This document shows positions 9,546 through 18,231 of a DNA stretch of 64,000 nucleotides, one piece after another (positions within the stretch are counted from its first letter, which is position 1; the number at the start of each line of letters is the position of its first letter). The notes beneath the pieces are model-generated. The model was not told the origin of the DNA, ran no database searches, and was given only the letters and a program-made list of their open reading frames with translations. The position numbers were made by a program, and so were the translations under genes. Origin of the DNA: Planctomycetota bacterium. GTDB lineage: Bacteria > Planctomycetota > UBA1135 > GCA-002686595. Location: positions 430,154 to 494,153 of the forward strand of contig JACKHT010000002.1 of NCBI GenBank assembly GCA_020638855.1, read 5' to 3'.

Positions 9546-10550
9546 ATGGAAGTGCTGGTGACCGGGGGTGGCGGGTTCTTGGGATCGCACGTGGTCCGGG
9601 CACTCTTGGAGCGTGGACACCGGGTGCGCTCGTTCGCCCGGGGCCACTACCCGGAACTCGAAGCCTGGGGAGTCGCCACGTACCAGGGCGACTTGGCTGC
9701 GGGCGGTCGGGCATTGGAGGAAGCGCTTAAAGGCGCAGAGGCCATCGTGCATTGCGCCGCCAAGGCGGGGGTGCATGGCCCCGCCCAGGAGTTCGAACGG
9801 GCCAACCATCAAGGCACCTTGCGACTGCTCGAAGCGGCCCGGGCCTCTGGGGTGCGCAAGCTGGTCCACACCTCCTCGCCCAGTGTTTGCTTCGATGGAC
9901 GCGACCACCTCCAGGCTGGGCCGGACTTGCCCTACGCGCAGCGCTTCCTTTCCCCCTATCCGGAAAGCAAGGCCCGGGCGGAGCGCGCCGTGTTGGCCGC
10001 TCACGACCCCAAGGGGCTCTGCACGCTGGCCCTACGGCCGCACTTGATCTTTGGTCCGGGCGACCCGCACTTGATTCCGCGGCTCTTGGAGCGGGCCCGG
10101 GCGGGGCGCTTGATCCAAGTGGGGCGGGGAGACAACGAAGTCAGTCTGACCTTCGTCGAGAATGCCGCTTGGGCCCACGTCTTGGGGGTCGAGCAGCTCG
10201 GACCGGACTGCCCCGCCTCTGGCAAGGCGTACTTCGTGGGACAAACCGAGGCGGTGCGGCTTTGGGATTGGATCGGCGACCTGTTGCGGGCCCTGGACTT
10301 GCCCCCGGTGCGCCGCAGGATCCCCCAAGGGGTGGCCTATGCGCTGGGAGCGGTGTGTGAGGGAGCCTACCGCGTGCTTGGCAAGCAGGGCGATCCGCCC
10401 ATGTCACGCTTTGTCGCCCGGCAGTTGGCCACCAGCCATAGCTACGACATGGGACCCCTGGAGCGCGCATTGGGCTACCAGGAGCAGGTGCCCCTGGCCG
10501 AAGCCAATCGGCGCACCATCGCGGCGCTGCTCGAGCAACGGAAGGCCTGA
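9546..10550 (+). CDS. oleD: OleD-like NAD(P)-dependent 3-beta-HSD/epimerase-family reductase
   Basis: Rossmann motif VLVTGGGGFLGSHVV at the N-terminus. 334 aa. Starts 3 nt after the oleC stop. Confidence 0.75.
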   Translation: MEVLVTGGGGFLGSHVVRALLERGHRVRSFARGHYPELEAWGVATYQGDLAAGGRALEEALKGAEAIVHCAAKAGVHGPAQEFERANHQGTLRLLEAARASGVRKLVHTSSPSVCFDGRDHLQAGPDLPYAQRFLSPYPESKARAERAVLAAHDPKGLCTLALRPHLIFGPGDPHLIPRLLERARAGRLIQVGRGDNEVSLTFVENAAWAHVLGVEQLGPDCPASGKAYFVGQTEAVRLWDWIGDLLRALDLPPVRRRIPQGVAYALGAVCEGAYRVLGKQGDPPMSRFVARQLATSHSYDMGPLERALGYQEQVPLAEANRRTIAALLEQRKA

Positions 10551-10699
10551 GCAACCCGGCCTCCGGGCTGAGAATGCGGGGCTCTAAATTCCATCGCCAG
10601 TGTTCTACACCGGAGGCAAGACCGATATCTTTAGGGGGTCGATCAAACGGACGCATTTCGTCCAAAACGGCTCCCTACGCGGCTCCCAGCCCCCCTCCC

Positions 10700-12898
10700 A
10701 TGACCGCCCACTTGCGCCAGGAAGCGATCCGTCGCATCTCCAGTTCCTCCGAACGCGGCAAGCAAAGTCGCAACATCCAGACCACGGCAACCGATCGGTT
10801 GCCGGAGACCTTTGGGCTGTACGTCTTCGGTGACGCGGTCCAACGCGATCGCCTGCCGGCCGACGTGTACACCACCCTGCGCCGGGTGATCGAGACTGGA
10901 GCTCGCCTGGATCCCAGCATCGCCAACGAAGTGGCGCGCGCCATGAAGGATTGGGCCATCAGCCACGGCGCCACCCACTACACCCACTGGTTCCAGCCGA
11001 TGACCGGCTCGACCGCCGAGAAGCACGACTCCTTCCTGGAGCCCACGCCCCAAGGCGGCGCCGTGCTCAAGTTCTCGGGCAAGCAGCTGGTCCAGGGCGA
11101 ACCCGATGCGTCCTCGTTCCCTTCGGGCGGCTTGCGCGCGACGTTCGAAGCCCGTGGCTACACCGCCTGGGATCCGACCTCCCCGGCGTTCATCCGCAAA
11201 GGCCCCGGCGGAGCAACCCTGACCATCCCCACCGCGTTTTGCTCGTGGACGGGAGACGCGCTCGACAAGAAGACCCCCCTGCTGCGCTCCTGCCAAGCGG
11301 TTTCGCAGGCGGCCGTTCGGCTCCTGCACCTGATCGGCGACACGGCCGTCCATAGCGTGCATCCCCAAACTGGAGCCGAGCAGGAGTACTTCCTGATCGA
11401 CCGCGAATTCTTCAAACTGCGCCCCGACCTGATCGCTTGCAACCGAACGTTGTTTGGCGCGCCGCCCTACAAGGGTCAAGAATTCGACGACCACTACTTC
11501 GGCAACATCAGCACGCGGGTCTTGACCTTCATGCAAGACCTGGAGCGCGAACTGTGGCTCTTGGGCGTTCCCGTCAAAACGCGCCACAACGAAGTCGCTC
11601 CTTCGCAGTTCGAGCTGGCGCCGATCTACCAGTCGATCTCGGTCGCGGTCGATCAGAACATGCTCACCATGGAGGTCATCAAGGAAGTGGCCGCTCGCCA
11701 TGGATTGGCCGCCATCCTGCACGAAAAGCCGTTTGCGGGGCTGAATGGCAGCGGCAAGCACGTGAACTACTCGCTCGGAACCAACACCGGCCAAAACCTG
11801 TTTGAGCCGGGCACCACGCCCCATGAGAACCTCAAGTTCGTGCTCTTCCTGACCGCTTTCTTGCGCGGGGTGGACCTGCACCAGGACTTGCTGCGGGCCT
11901 CGATCGCGTCGGCCGGCAACGACCACCGACTGGGGGCCAACGAAGCGCCGCCGGCGATCATCTCGGTCTTCCTGGGCACGCAACTCGAGCAAGTGGTCGA
12001 AGCGCTGATGGAAGGCCGCGAGCAAAGTCGTGTCCCGGGGCAGACCTTGCGCCTAGGCGTCAACGCCCTTCCCGAATTGCCGCGGGACATTTCTGACCGC
12101 AACCGGACCTCGCCCATGGCCTTCACGGGCAACAAGTTCGAGTTCCGCGCGGTCGGTTCGAACCAAAGCGCGGCGTACCCGTGCACGTTCCTCAACCTGC
12201 TGCTGGCGGATTCGCTGGACTACCTGTCCGACCGCATCGAAGCCCATGGCGGGTTCAGCGAGCAAGTCGTCCAAGAGGTAGTTTCCGAGTGCTTGCGCAC
12301 CCACAAGCGCATCATGTTCTCGGGGGACAACTACACCGCCGAGTGGCGCGCGGAAGCCGAACGAAGGGGTCTGCTCAACCGACGCACCACCCCGGAAGCC
12401 TTGGCTGATTGGGCCTCCGAGGCCAACATCGCCCTGTACGAACGCTATGGGGTGTTCACGCGCAACGAAGCGGAATCCCGCTTCCACGTGCAGAACGAGA
12501 TCTACGCCAACAAGATCAAAGTCGAAGCCACCGCGGCCGTGGACATGGCCGAAACCATCGTCCTGCCGGCCGCCTACCAGTACCAGAGTCGCATGGCCGA
12601 ATCGATCGATCGGGTACGCGGCCTTTTGGGCAAGGAAGCGGGTGCGGGGCAATTGACCGAGCTCACCAACCTTTGCCAGCGCATCGAGCAGGTCCAGCAG
12701 GCCATCGAACAAGTGCGGGCAACGAAACGCGCGATCGCCCAGCGGGGCCTGCACGAAGCCGAGCTGGCCAAGGCCTACTGCACCGACTTGGTGCCCTCGA
12801 TGGCGCGCCTCCGCGAGGCCGTGGACAGTCTGGAGCTGTGGGTCGACGATGACCTGTGGCCCTTGCCCAAGTACCGCGAAATGCTCTTCATCCACTAG
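10700..12898 (+). CDS. glnN: Glutamine synthetase type III (GlnN)
   Basis: HYTHWFQPMTGSTAEKHDSF matches the GSIII signature THWFQPLTG. The 732-aa length fits GSIII (about 730 aa). Start chosen at the in-frame ATG 10700 (MTAHLRQE); the ORF-track start 10574 would add 42 poorly conserved residues. Confidence 0.8.
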   Translation: MTAHLRQEAIRRISSSSERGKQSRNIQTTATDRLPETFGLYVFGDAVQRDRLPADVYTTLRRVIETGARLDPSIANEVARAMKDWAISHGATHYTHWFQPMTGSTAEKHDSFLEPTPQGGAVLKFSGKQLVQGEPDASSFPSGGLRATFEARGYTAWDPTSPAFIRKGPGGATLTIPTAFCSWTGDALDKKTPLLRSCQAVSQAAVRLLHLIGDTAVHSVHPQTGAEQEYFLIDREFFKLRPDLIACNRTLFGAPPYKGQEFDDHYFGNISTRVLTFMQDLERELWLLGVPVKTRHNEVAPSQFELAPIYQSISVAVDQNMLTMEVIKEVAARHGLAAILHEKPFAGLNGSGKHVNYSLGTNTGQNLFEPGTTPHENLKFVLFLTAFLRGVDLHQDLLRASIASAGNDHRLGANEAPPAIISVFLGTQLEQVVEALMEGREQSRVPGQTLRLGVNALPELPRDISDRNRTSPMAFTGNKFEFRAVGSNQSAAYPCTFLNLLLADSLDYLSDRIEAHGGFSEQVVQEVVSECLRTHKRIMFSGDNYTAEWRAEAERRGLLNRRTTPEALADWASEANIALYERYGVFTRNEAESRFHVQNEIYANKIKVEATAAVDMAETIVLPAAYQYQSRMAESIDRVRGLLGKEAGAGQLTELTNLCQRIEQVQQAIEQVRATKRAIAQRGLHEAELAKAYCTDLVPSMARLREAVDSLELWVDDDLWPLPKYREMLFIH

Positions 12899-12906
12899 GG
12901 CTGGCC

Positions 12907-12947
12907 GCGGCGGCCCCCTGCGGGCCGCTGCCCCTCCCCACGTGGGG
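12907..12947 (+). terminator. Putative intrinsic terminator-like hairpins after glnN, with no U-tract
   Basis: A 10-bp stem gcggcggccc/gggccgctgc (one G-U pair, loop cctgc) starts 9 nt after the glnN stop. It is followed by the perfect 12-nt palindrome ccccacgtgggg. No T-run follows, as is common in high-GC genomes. Confidence 0.3.
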
Positions 12948-13017
12948 TCTGCCTAGATAGCGGGCGCCCCCGGCGCGGCCCTATCGGAGGTCCCTTCTAG
13001 GGATGGCCCCCAAGAAC

Positions 13018-13068
13018 GCCAGCAAGGAAAGCCAGCAACGGACGCCAGCAACGGACGCCAGCAAGGAA
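13018..13068. repeat. Four tandem 13-nt units (GCCAGCAA[G/C]G[G/A]A[A/C]) in an ABBA arrangement abutting the tRNA 3' end
   Basis: The plus-strand string gccagcaaggaaa gccagcaacggac gccagcaacggac gccagcaaggaa sits directly next to the tRNA-Met 3' CCA. Confidence 0.7.
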
Positions 13069-13145
13069 TGGTAGCGAGGGCGGGACTCGAACCCGCGACT
13101 TCAGGCTTATGAAGCCTGCGCTCTAACCGACTGAGCTACCTCGCC
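13069..13145 (-). tRNA. tRNA-Met (anticodon CAT), CCA encoded
   Basis: Reverse complement is GGCGAGGTAGCTCAGTCGGTTAGAGCGCAGGCTTCATAAGCCTGAAGTCGCGGGTTCGAGTCCCGCCCTCGCTACCA. It folds as a 77-nt cloverleaf with a 7-bp acceptor stem, D-arm GCTC/GAGC, anticodon stem CAGGC/GCCTG with loop TTCATAA, and T-arm GCGGG/CCCGC with loop TTCGAGT. It could equally be tRNA-Ile2 (lysidine-modified CAU); this cannot be distinguished here. Confidence 0.9.
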
Positions 13146-13255
13146 TTGGGGCGAGAAATGTAGCGAGGAGGCTCAAGAGGGTCAAGCTTGGGCGTGGTCA
13201 TCCGGCCGAATTGCAGACGGACGGGGACCCGAGACTTCGCCCTGAGGGATCGCCG

Positions 13256-13645
13256 CTACGCTTCAAGGACTTCCGTCCCTCCGCGCGCGCTCGCGAGCAA
13301 CAGGCACGCGGGATTGGTTTCACTGACCGGCTGGTTCGCATCGCCCAGGGCGATGGGATGGTGGTGGCTCTGGGGCTCGTAGCGCACGTACTCTCCTTGG
13401 AGGTATTCGCCCCGCTCATCACGGTAGCCCCCCGCAAGGATCCAGACTTCCTCCACATCCAAGTGTCGGTGGGCGGGGTACCCGCAGCCCGGTTCCATGC
13501 GGATCAGAACCGTGGCCCCAGCCCGCGCTCCCGCATGGGGCCCCCCCTCCGCAGCGACCAGGAACCAAGCGACTCCGGGGCTGGAAGTGCTCCTCCAAGC
13601 GATTCCCGCGTCTTTTGCCCCCAAAATGAGTCCAGGAATGCGCAT
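13256..13645 (-). CDS. ChrR-like cupin domain protein (anti-sigma factor C-terminal-type cupin, lacking the zinc-binding anti-sigma N-domain)
   Basis: MEPGCGYPAHRHLDVEEVWILAGGYRDERGEYLQGEYVRYEPQSHHHP matches the ChrR cupin core PG..P.H.H.G.EE.LVL.G.F.DE.G.Y..G.Y. The start is uncertain: ATG at 13645 (129 aa) or GTG at 13717 (153 aa). Confidence 0.55.
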   Translation of the reverse strand: MRIPGLILGAKDAGIAWRSTSSPGVAWFLVAAEGGPHAGARAGATVLIRMEPGCGYPAHRHLDVEEVWILAGGYRDERGEYLQGEYVRYEPQSHHHPIALGDANQPVSETNPACLLLASARGGTEVLEA

Positions 13646-13718
13646 AGGCTCCCAGTTATCGGCCACCCCAGGCCGGAGCGCAAGGATTTCCGGCACGGAT
13701 GTCGATAAGGGGGACACC

Positions 13719-14144
13719 GTGGACCCTCACCCCATCCTTCACGAGCCTTGGCTCGATCGCCTGGTCGCCCAGGCCGACCCGGAGAAGCGCCTGCGCTTCG
13801 CACTAGAAGCGGTCTTGGCCCTCGGGGAGTGCCAAGGGGTCGCCTTTTGGATGGAACACGAAGACGGCCACTTCACGCTCCAGCGGGAACTAGGGCCCGC
13901 GTCCGCCGTCCCGGCGGACGGGGTGATCGAAGCGGTCGCCGATGGCCGGCTGAGTCCCCGCACAGCAGGACTGCACCACATGGTTCTAGGCCTTCCCCCT
14001 GAGCGCATGGTTTGGTCCCTGGCAGAACCCACGACTTCCGAAGAACGCCTCGATTCGGTGGAGGCCTTCCTGTTCGTGGTCCAAACCCTGCACCCTCGGG
14101 ATGAAGACTTCGACTCACCTTCGCTCTTGCCGAGCGACTTTTAG
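13719..14144 (+). CDS. Hypothetical small protein (about 141 aa), possibly GAF-like
   Basis: Strong GC3 periodicity in ORF 13497..14144. The 5' part overlaps the cupin gene on the other strand, so the start was moved to the in-frame GTG at 13719. I recognise no diagnostic motif. Confidence 0.3.
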   Translation: MDPHPILHEPWLDRLVAQADPEKRLRFALEAVLALGECQGVAFWMEHEDGHFTLQRELGPASAVPADGVIEAVADGRLSPRTAGLHHMVLGLPPERMVWSLAEPTTSEERLDSVEAFLFVVQTLHPRDEDFDSPSLLPSDF

Positions 14145-14165
14145 ACTCGGTTCCGAGAACCGCTT

Positions 14166-15638
14166 CTAGAACTGCAGCGTCCAGTCGTGGACGCCCAAGC
14201 TCGACTCCAACACTTCGAGCCGCTGGCTGCCAGGAACGTAGGTCCAACTGAAGTTGGCGACTCCATCGCGCAACACCGCAACCGGCGCCGCGAGCACGTC
14301 ACGGAAGCGCACCACATCCCCCCCATCGGATGTCTCCAACTGCATGTGCAGAGTCAGCCCGGGAGCCGTGCTCAACCCCATTTCACTCGGACTGGCGGTC
14401 AACCGTTGCACGTTGGACAGCCCCAGCAGCGACAAGCTGTTGGACAAAGGAGTGAGCGAGAATTGGACCTTCGAGAACGTGCCCGGCGCGTCTTGAACCA
14501 AATCGAAGTACAGGAAACGCGCATCACGGTCCATGAGCAAATCGCCGCTCAAGGGCAATTGCAATTGGTACCCCGACAGCCAGTCGCACACCTGGAACTC
14601 GTCCAGTGCGGCCCAGCTGTGACCCGCATAGTTGCTCGTGTTCAGCTGGACAGGCCCTGTGCCATGGATCGAGAGCCAATCGAACAGTTGACTGTTCTGC
14701 TGGATCAAATGGAACTGAGGATCTTGGAGGCTGTAGAACACTTGAACCGGCAGATAGGCGTAGTTGGCGGCCATATGCTTACCGCCGGCTACCCAGAGGT
14801 GGTTGGCGTCGAGTTGCAGGACCGAAGCGCTCGCAAACTCAAAAGGAACGGCCGAAGGCGCTCCCCCGTACAGCAGCGAAAAGAAGGCTTGGCCGGCTGC
14901 GTCGGAAAACTGGTAGGCGTCCGCCATGTCCACCACGCCGGTGTGATCGACGAGCGCGGCGAACATCGGTTCACGCGGATCGAGGTATCGGCTCGCCATG
15001 CTCACGGCCAAAGCACCACCGCCCGAGAAACCCACGCCGTAGATGCGGTCCGAATCGATGGGATAGTGATCCACGACCCAGCGCATGGCTGCGCGGGCAT
15101 TCACCTGCGAAACCTTGTGGGAAAAGGCGGCGGTTTCCGGAGCAATCGGTCCTCGAGCGAGGGGCGCCACCATGTACCAACCGCGGGCCTGAGTCTCCGC
15201 CAAGAAGCTGGTGTTGTAGATCACGTCCCCGTGCGATGCGTTGCTTTGGTGGAACACCGTGAGCAAGGGAGCGGGGATGTTCGCGGGAGTACTGGGCACT
15301 CCCAAGATGAAGAGCTCGGTGTCCTGGGTCTCCGGAACGAAGATCGAAAGGTTGAACCAACCCGGGTATCCGGGGACCGGCAGGAGCGACCAGTCTTGGT
15401 CCACCGAAAGTGGAGCCAAGATTTGCCCATTGCGGTAGACCGTCAAGTCCACCGAAGGGTTCAAGTTCCAAGCCATCGGGCCGGGCTGGGTCGCCTGGCT
15501 GGCGGGGATGGGACCCGGGGTGGTCGTCGTCTGCGACGGTGTGACCACCGAGTCAGGCGGCTTGGGACTGCAAGCCCCAATAGCCAGCGCCAGGAGCCCT
15601 AGAGCGGCTCCCGCACCATACCTCCGATTCCGTCCCAT
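14166..15638 (-). CDS. Secreted alpha/beta-hydrolase esterase lipoprotein (PHB-depolymerase/esterase-like), 490 aa
   Basis: Serine hydrolase nucleophile elbow YGVGFSGGGALAV. The start was set at the ATG at 15638 (MGRNRRYGAGAALGLLALAIGACSPK), which gives a signal peptide with a lipobox-like IGAC. The 87-codon upstream extension in the ORF track was rejected. Confidence 0.6.
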   Translation of the reverse strand: MGRNRRYGAGAALGLLALAIGACSPKPPDSVVTPSQTTTTPGPIPASQATQPGPMAWNLNPSVDLTVYRNGQILAPLSVDQDWSLLPVPGYPGWFNLSIFVPETQDTELFILGVPSTPANIPAPLLTVFHQSNASHGDVIYNTSFLAETQARGWYMVAPLARGPIAPETAAFSHKVSQVNARAAMRWVVDHYPIDSDRIYGVGFSGGGALAVSMASRYLDPREPMFAALVDHTGVVDMADAYQFSDAAGQAFFSLLYGGAPSAVPFEFASASVLQLDANHLWVAGGKHMAANYAYLPVQVFYSLQDPQFHLIQQNSQLFDWLSIHGTGPVQLNTSNYAGHSWAALDEFQVCDWLSGYQLQLPLSGDLLMDRDARFLYFDLVQDAPGTFSKVQFSLTPLSNSLSLLGLSNVQRLTASPSEMGLSTAPGLTLHMQLETSDGGDVVRFRDVLAAPVAVLRDGVANFSWTYVPGSQRLEVLESSLGVHDWTLQF

Positions 15639-15729
15639 ACCCCTATTGTACGCTGCTCCCGAGCTTTCGGATGGGGGCTCAGAAGACTCCAAAACGAGGC
15701 GGTCCCAAAACGGGAAGTGAGACCACCCA

Positions 15730-18231
15730 CTAGCGACGTACGGTGAGGCGCAGGGACTCGCGCGCGCCGTCGAAACGGACCTCGCGCCGAATGTCTTTGT
15801 AGCCAGGTATGCGAACCAAGAGCCGCCAGCGGCCGCGCGGAATTCCCGCCGATTGGAACTCGGCGGTGCCCTTCGAAGCTCCGGTGGCTCGCAGGGCAAT
15901 CCGGCGTCCCTTCAACTCGGGTCGGTCGGCGGGGTCGGAAAGGTACTCGAGCCGGGCCAGGCTCCCCTTGGGCAACCCAGAATCGGGGATCCCCCGGACT
16001 TGCAGGGCAAACGTCGTCCCTGGCCAAACCCGGACGACTCCCAAGTCCATCTTGGCCCCGGGTGAGAGATCCACCGGCGGTAGATCCACGTACTCGAAGC
16101 CGGGTGTCCGGATGCGGGCGCGGAAACGGCCCGGTCGCAACCCCTGGATCTGGAAGCGCGTCCCCGAAGTGGTCAGGACCCCCCCTTGCAGCCCCTCAAA
16201 GCGCAGACGCGGCATCGGATCTTGGGTGTCGGCCAACAACACTTCCCCCTGAACCGATGCGGGGGCTCCGCGGAAGTCCGGCTCCATGGTCAAGATCAAG
16301 GGTTCGGGAAGCGGCAGCCCCATGGTCAGTTCCTTCGCTCCCGAGAGCTTCCAACCCGCCCGCTCCACGCGCATCACGACCTCGCCCGACTCGGGCCAAG
16401 CCGCACGCAGCGCGAACGAACCGGTGGGGTCGGAACGGTCGGTCGCGAGGTCGCGGGAAGACTCCCCGCGGACCCGTACCCTTGCCCCCCCCACGGCGTA
16501 GCCTTCCGGGTCAAGCACCCAACCGCGCACGACCCGCAAGCGCTCCAACTCGAAGTCCTTCTCGAGAACCAGCAAGTTGTCGGGATCCCCCGATCCAGCG
16601 CCTACGTCGGCATCCATCCGAAAGTTCCTCGCAGCGACGGCATCGCCGTCGCTTTCAAAACGCAGCACCAAGCCAGCATTCGGATACGTGGCAAATCCTT
16701 CGATCCGATAGCTCCCGTCGCTTTCCGTCCACCCCTCGCCCAGCACCTTGCCCCAATCCCCGCGCAGTTGCAGGTGCAAGCCCGCCCACGGCGTTTGGAA
16801 CGAATCGGTGATCGTGCCGAACAGCCTTCCTTGCCAGCCGCTGGTCAGGACCAAGTCCATGCGTGCTTCCCCCGCAGCCAACTGGACTCTCGTGCGCGGG
16901 CTCGCGGCGCTCCGCCCAGCTGCCTGGCCGTCCTTGGCTCCAGCAACCTGCACCCAGAGGTCAGCACCCGAGGGAAGCGAAGGGAATTCGAAGTGCCCCT
17001 TCCCGTCGGTTTCGGCGGTCCAAGTGGGATGGGCTCCACCCGATCGGCTCCCCCTGTTGCGCCGGGGGGGCGTCCATACGCATTCCACGACGCAACCCGC
17101 CACCGGTTTTCCGGTTGGATCCTGGACCACACCGCCCAGCCTTGCCGGCCGCGCAAGGTGCCAGACCCAGGGCGACTTGGCCTCCCAGTCCACGAGATCC
17201 AGGTACGGCTCTTCGATGGGAGCCCCGCCGGGGGGCAGCAAGCGCAGCCCCGTTCGCATCCCACGGGCCATGGGAATGGTGAATCGTCCGCTCGAGTCGC
17301 TGGTTGCCTGCGCCCCCGTGCCGACTTCCAGGTAGGTGGGCATGCCGAGGGCGTGGTAGGTGGCTTCGACGCGAACTCCCTCGACCGGGGTCTCGTCGTC
17401 TTGCCAAAGGACTCGGCCCTCCAACGGCGCAGTGGACTCACAGGTTTGCAAGGAAACTCGAACCTGCTCGCCAGCGGTCACGGCGATATCCTTGGCCACG
17501 GCATAAACCCCGGGCCCAAGCCGAATCGAGTAAACCCCCGCCTCGAGGCCGTCAAAGCGAAAGGCCCCTTGGGGGTCGAGGGGTACCTTCGCCAACTCGG
17601 AGAACGTGACGTTGGGTCCTGCCCCATACAGGAATGCTTGCACTTCCGGTGGCCCACCCGAGAACTCCCCTAGCAGGCTGGCCGCCTGTACCAGCAACAA
17701 AGTCAGCGCTTCCCCGCTGGTAGCGCGGGGCTTGGCGCGCGCGGTGTAGCCCGGCTTGGAAGCGATCAAGTCGCAGCCTTCCCCCAAAGGCACTTCCAAC
17801 ACAAAGCCACCTTGAGCGTCGCTTTGCGTTGCTACGCTGCCTTGCGCAAAACGGGCCTCGATACGAGCCCCTTCCAGGGGTTGCCCCGTGCGGCTGGCGA
17901 GCACGGTTCCATGCCAAGTTCCAAGGGTGGCTGCGCCCCAATCGACAGCGAGCGCTTGATCGACGGGGACGGGATCCGGGTCAGCGGCCGACGTGCGAGT
18001 GGAGGATTCCGGCGCTTGGCCGGCGAGTTGCGAGTCTCCGGCAGGGACCCCCGAGGATTCCTGCGACACGCTCTCGTTCTCCAATCCGGCGTGGGTGCCT
18101 GCTGCGCGCGGTCCGTCCAGCGCCCACCACACCAACCCGAACATCACGAAGAGTCCCAGCAGCACAAAGCCTACACTCCCCCGCACGGGGACCGAGCCCT
18201 TGGGATGCGGGTTGGAGCGAGCCATGACCAT
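15730..18231 (-). CDS. Membrane-anchored protein with multiple carboxypeptidase-regulatory-like (CarboxypepD_reg) beta-sandwich repeats, 833 aa
   Basis: The N-terminus MVMARSNPHPKG is followed by the TM segment VGFVLLGLFVMFGLVWWAL. Repeated motifs include GRVLWQDDETPVEGVRVEA, GVVQDPTGKPVAGCVVEC, GWVLDPEGYAVGGARVRVRG and GTVLASRTGQPLEGARIEA. The start ATG at 18229-18231 overlaps the upstream NHL gene stop (ATGA). The 228-codon Arg/Gly-rich extension up to 18915 was rejected. Confidence 0.6.
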   Translation of the reverse strand: MVMARSNPHPKGSVPVRGSVGFVLLGLFVMFGLVWWALDGPRAAGTHAGLENESVSQESSGVPAGDSQLAGQAPESSTRTSAADPDPVPVDQALAVDWGAATLGTWHGTVLASRTGQPLEGARIEARFAQGSVATQSDAQGGFVLEVPLGEGCDLIASKPGYTARAKPRATSGEALTLLLVQAASLLGEFSGGPPEVQAFLYGAGPNVTFSELAKVPLDPQGAFRFDGLEAGVYSIRLGPGVYAVAKDIAVTAGEQVRVSLQTCESTAPLEGRVLWQDDETPVEGVRVEATYHALGMPTYLEVGTGAQATSDSSGRFTIPMARGMRTGLRLLPPGGAPIEEPYLDLVDWEAKSPWVWHLARPARLGGVVQDPTGKPVAGCVVECVWTPPRRNRGSRSGGAHPTWTAETDGKGHFEFPSLPSGADLWVQVAGAKDGQAAGRSAASPRTRVQLAAGEARMDLVLTSGWQGRLFGTITDSFQTPWAGLHLQLRGDWGKVLGEGWTESDGSYRIEGFATYPNAGLVLRFESDGDAVAARNFRMDADVGAGSGDPDNLLVLEKDFELERLRVVRGWVLDPEGYAVGGARVRVRGESSRDLATDRSDPTGSFALRAAWPESGEVVMRVERAGWKLSGAKELTMGLPLPEPLILTMEPDFRGAPASVQGEVLLADTQDPMPRLRFEGLQGGVLTTSGTRFQIQGLRPGRFRARIRTPGFEYVDLPPVDLSPGAKMDLGVVRVWPGTTFALQVRGIPDSGLPKGSLARLEYLSDPADRPELKGRRIALRATGASKGTAEFQSAGIPRGRWRLLVRIPGYKDIRREVRFDGARESLRLTVRR

